Assembly: GCA_000092065.1 (NCBI GenBank)
Contig: CP000594.1
DNA length: 64,000 bases
Origin: Ostreococcus lucimarinus
Lineage: Eukaryota
Strand: one strand, 5' to 3'
The notes under the pieces were generated by a model. That model did no database searches and was not told the DNA's origin. It saw only the letters and a program-made list of their open reading frames with translations. Each line of letters starts with the position of its first letter. The first letter of the stretch is position 1. The position numbers were made by a program, and so were the translations under genes. Below, piece by piece: positions 61,527-64,000 of the stretch.

Positions 61527-63209
61527 ATGCGCGCGACGCCGTCGACGCTTCGAACGCCGTCCCGCGCGCGCGCGCCCGGTGCGGCGAACAGTCGGGGCTC
61601 GACCGCGCGCGCGCGCGCCATCCAACCGCCGAAAGCGCCCGATGCGTACCGCGGCGCGCTGTTCCCGGGCGTCGAGGTCCCCGATAATGATCTCGCGCGA
61701 TCGTTCAGCGCGCTGTTTCCGTGGGGAAACGGGGCGCGGGTGACGGAGAAGGTGCTGGGGGATTTGCTGAAGCCCGAGGTGCGCGCGGCGCCGCTCTTCG
61801 TGCCGCTGTACGATTACTACCGCGAATACGGCGGCGTGTACAACTTGGGCGCCGGACCGAAGTGGTTCGTCGTGGTGAGCGATCCGGTGGCGGTGCGGAC
61901 GATGTTCAAGGACCAGGCGGATAGCTTTTCGAAGGGGATACTGACGGATATCATGGAGCCGATTATGGGCGACGGGTTGATTCCGGCGAATAAGGAGATT
62001 TGGGCCAAGCGTCGACCGGTGATCGGGGCAGGATTCCACGGGGCGTGGTTGAAACACATGTGCAACTTATTTGGAGCGTCGGCGATGCGGTTGGCCGATA
62101 AGTTGGACACGTTCGTGGAGTCGGAGAAGACGGTGGAGCTCGAGAGCGAACTGTACGCGATGGCGCTCGACGTCATCGGCAAGGCGGTGTTTAATTATGA
62201 ATTCGGGGCGTTGAAGCAAGAGACACCGATCATCAAGGCAGTCTATCGCGTTTTGCGGGAAAGTGAGCACCGTTCGACGTTTCCGTTGCAGTATTGGCAG
62301 ATTCCTGGGGCGATGGAGCTCGTGCCGAGACAAAAGCAATTCAAGGAGGATATGAAAATGGTCAACGACGAGCTGTCAGTGTTGATTAATAACGCTATCG
62401 CGTCGCGAAACGAAACTGGCTTGGAGGAAATGGAGCGCAGAGACTATTCTAACGTCGAAGACGCGAGTCTGTTGCGGTTTTTGGTGGACATTCGTGGCGA
62501 CGAGGCGACGAGCACGCAGTTGAGAGACGACTTGATGACGATGCTCATCGCCGGCCACGAAACCACCGCCGCGGTGCTCACGTGGACGCTTTATTTACTT
62601 GCGCAGCACCCGGAAATCGCGGATGATGCGGTGGCTGAAATTAACGCCTGTGTTGAAAACGCTGACGGCATCCCCACGCCCGAGGAGGTGCGCAAGCTGG
62701 AAAAGGTTCGCATGATTCTCGCCGAGGGTATGCGCCTGTATCCGGCGCCGCCGATTTTGATTCGTCGTGCGATTAAGGATGTCACGCTCCCGCGCGGAGG
62801 TAACGGGAAGGAAATCACCTTGAAAGCCGGCACCGACTGTTTTATCGCGGTTTGGAACCTCCATCGGTCACCTGATTTGTGGGAGGATCCAGAAAAATTT
62901 GACCCGAGCCGGTTTTCGCGAAGGTTTGAAAATCCCGCCATTGAGGGCTGGGGCGGCTTGAATCCCGAACTAATGACTGGTTTATACCCGAACGAGCAGT
63001 GCACAGACTTTAGTTACGTGCCTTTCGGTGGCGGACAGCGTCGCTGCGCCGGTGATCAGTTTGCGATGCTCGAGGCAGTGACGGCGTTGAGCGTCTTGTT
63101 GAAAAAGTTTAAATTTGAGCTCGCGTGCGAGCCGGGCGAGGTCGAGATGATCACCGGGGCGACGATTCACACGAAGAAAGGGTTACCTATGAAGCTTAAG
63201 AGACGATAG
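61527..63209 (+). CDS. Cytochrome P450 of the CYP97 clan (carotenoid hydroxylase-like), plastid-targeted
   Basis: ATG in an accATGc context, transit-like N-terminus. I-helix region MLIAGHETTAAVLTW. ExxR-region sequence EGMRLYPAPP. Heme loop FGGGQRRCAGDQFAMLEA, close to the CYP97 consensus FGGGPRKCVGDMFA. Confidence 0.7.
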   Translation: MRATPSTLRTPSRARAPGAANSRGSTARARAIQPPKAPDAYRGALFPGVEVPDNDLARSFSALFPWGNGARVTEKVLGDLLKPEVRAAPLFVPLYDYYREYGGVYNLGAGPKWFVVVSDPVAVRTMFKDQADSFSKGILTDIMEPIMGDGLIPANKEIWAKRRPVIGAGFHGAWLKHMCNLFGASAMRLADKLDTFVESEKTVELESELYAMALDVIGKAVFNYEFGALKQETPIIKAVYRVLRESEHRSTFPLQYWQIPGAMELVPRQKQFKEDMKMVNDELSVLINNAIASRNETGLEEMERRDYSNVEDASLLRFLVDIRGDEATSTQLRDDLMTMLIAGHETTAAVLTWTLYLLAQHPEIADDAVAEINACVENADGIPTPEEVRKLEKVRMILAEGMRLYPAPPILIRRAIKDVTLPRGGNGKEITLKAGTDCFIAVWNLHRSPDLWEDPEKFDPSRFSRRFENPAIEGWGGLNPELMTGLYPNEQCTDFSYVPFGGGQRRCAGDQFAMLEAVTALSVLLKKFKFELACEPGEVEMITGATIHTKKGLPMKLKRR

Positions 63210-63217
63210 AGGCGTGT

Positions 63218-63222
63218 TGTAA
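63218..63222 (+). promoter_or_regulatory. TGTAA motif 9 nt after the CYP97 stop (candidate poly(A) signal)
   Basis: gtgtTGTAAtgc directly downstream of the TAG stop. Confidence 0.3.
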
Positions 63223-63378
63223 TGCATTTTTAGCGGCGGCGATTTTTATCAAGTGAACGATGGAGCTGTTCATCACAACGTCATGTACTTGTACAAAAGA
63301 ATTGGTGCAAATAGGATACAGGCTTCGTGTTAGTGGTGTGGGTGGTAGAGAAGAATCTTGAAACTTGAATTGGTCGGT

Positions 63379-64000
63379 TTACGCCGTCTTAACGACGGAC
63401 TTCCGACCTTTGCGTCGAGCGTTGCCGTAACGTGCCTCGAGATCGAGAACACGCTCGAGAAACTCGGGCGGCGTGTCTTGCTTGCGACGCGACTGCGCGG
63501 GGAGCGATGCGAGTTGAAGAAGGTTACGCCACTTATCCTTCAAATCCATCGCAGTACGACGCTCGAGGGCTGGATCGTCTGACTTTTTAATGACAGTCCA
63601 TCGGCACCCGCCGCAGCGTTCGACGCCGTCGACGAGCGCCTCCGCCTCCACCGCCGTCCACGGCGAATGGTGCTTGCTTCGACGCACGCCCTTGACGTTC
63701 GACGAAGGCGATGCGGCGATTGGCTCTGCCTTGACCGCGGTGACCGCATCCGTCGCCGCTGCTTTCACCGTCGCAACCGACGTACCACTGCGCGGCGCGC
63801 GATTTTCCTTGGAGCTTCGCTGCGCGCCCTCGTTCCCTTTGCTCGACGCCAACACGCGAACTTGCTCGAGAATATCTGCTGGCACACCATTCACTTCACG
63901 ACGCTTGTACAGAGCGGGCAGCATGGCCACGCGCAAGAGGTTACGCCATTTATCCTTGAGATCGACGGCGCTGCGGTTGACGAGCGCATCGGAAACGCCG
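63379..64000 (-). CDS. Myb/SANT (telobox/TRF-like) protein with at least two Myb-like domains; 5' end beyond the right edge of the window
   Basis: HHSPWTAVEAEALVDGVERCGGCRWTVIKKSDDPALERRTAMDLKDKWRNLLQ (TRF-like single Myb). The frame stays open upstream of the ORF-track Met and encodes a second ...VDLKDKWRNLL motif at 63940..64000. The two Myb-coding segments are also visible as a diverged DNA repeat, 63500..63570 versus 63920..63990. Confidence 0.6.
   Translation of the reverse strand, partial: GVSDALVNRSAVDLKDKWRNLLRVAMLPALYKRREVNGVPADILEQVRVLASSKGNEGAQRSSKENRAPRSGTSVATVKAAATDAVTAVKAEPIAASPSSNVKGVRRSKHHSPWTAVEAEALVDGVERCGGCRWTVIKKSDDPALERRTAMDLKDKWRNLLQLASLPAQSRRKQDTPPEFLERVLDLEARYGNARRKGRKSVVKTA

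Noticed and set aside
1-64000. ORF-track start coordinates in general
   Set aside because: The track translates GTG and TTG as Met: 64 starts with GTG, and 5842, 9652, 28694, 35360, 43137 and 44319 start with TTG or GTG. For a eukaryotic nuclear genome, starts were re-derived from in-frame ATGs.

Overview
This 64 kb window is a very GC-rich (roughly 65%), extremely gene-dense stretch of a eukaryotic nuclear chromosome, not prokaryotic DNA. It looks most like a mamiellophycean green picoalga of the Micromonas/Ostreococcus type. The pointers are: a B-type CDK carrying the PSTALRE variant, a plastidic NTT ATP/ADP translocator, CYP97, plastid-type TypA, fungal/algal-type eEF3, TGTAA poly(A)-like motifs in 3' regions, and gene spacing of about 1.7 kb per gene. 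I can support about 38 protein-coding genes on both strands. They are mostly single-exon housekeeping genes: PP1, TypA, REP/GDI, CWC27, ELP3, PSMB5, DIS3, Sec61-gamma, NDUFV1, GPI8, MINDY, NTT, ProRS, eEF3, SDHB, CDKB, CYP97 and others. At least four genes carry short GT-AG introns, of 65, 67, about 212 and about 393 nt; three of these have an ACTGAC branch-like motif upstream of the acceptor. The supplied ORF track is prokaryote-style. It translates GTG and TTG starts as M, and because of the GC content it reports many long spurious antisense ORFs. Gene starts were therefore re-derived from in-frame ATGs and homology. Exon and intron coordinates I derived by hand may be off by 1-2 nt. I found no CRISPR array, rRNA, tRNA, transposon or prokaryotic defence locus. 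The notable items are: a STEEP1(UPF0428)-DUF167 fusion ORF; a 1089-aa acidic, Cys-rich signal-anchored protein with no recognisable family; an ankyrin-repeat gene with DNA-level tandem repeats and an upstream (CGTCT)n microsatellite; several divergent gene pairs whose ATGs lie roughly 100-170 bp apart, and convergent gene pairs whose stop codons are only 22-97 bp apart (overlapping 3' UTRs implied); a spliced small gene invisible to ORF calling; and AT-rich islands at promoters and 3' ends in an otherwise GC-saturated background.
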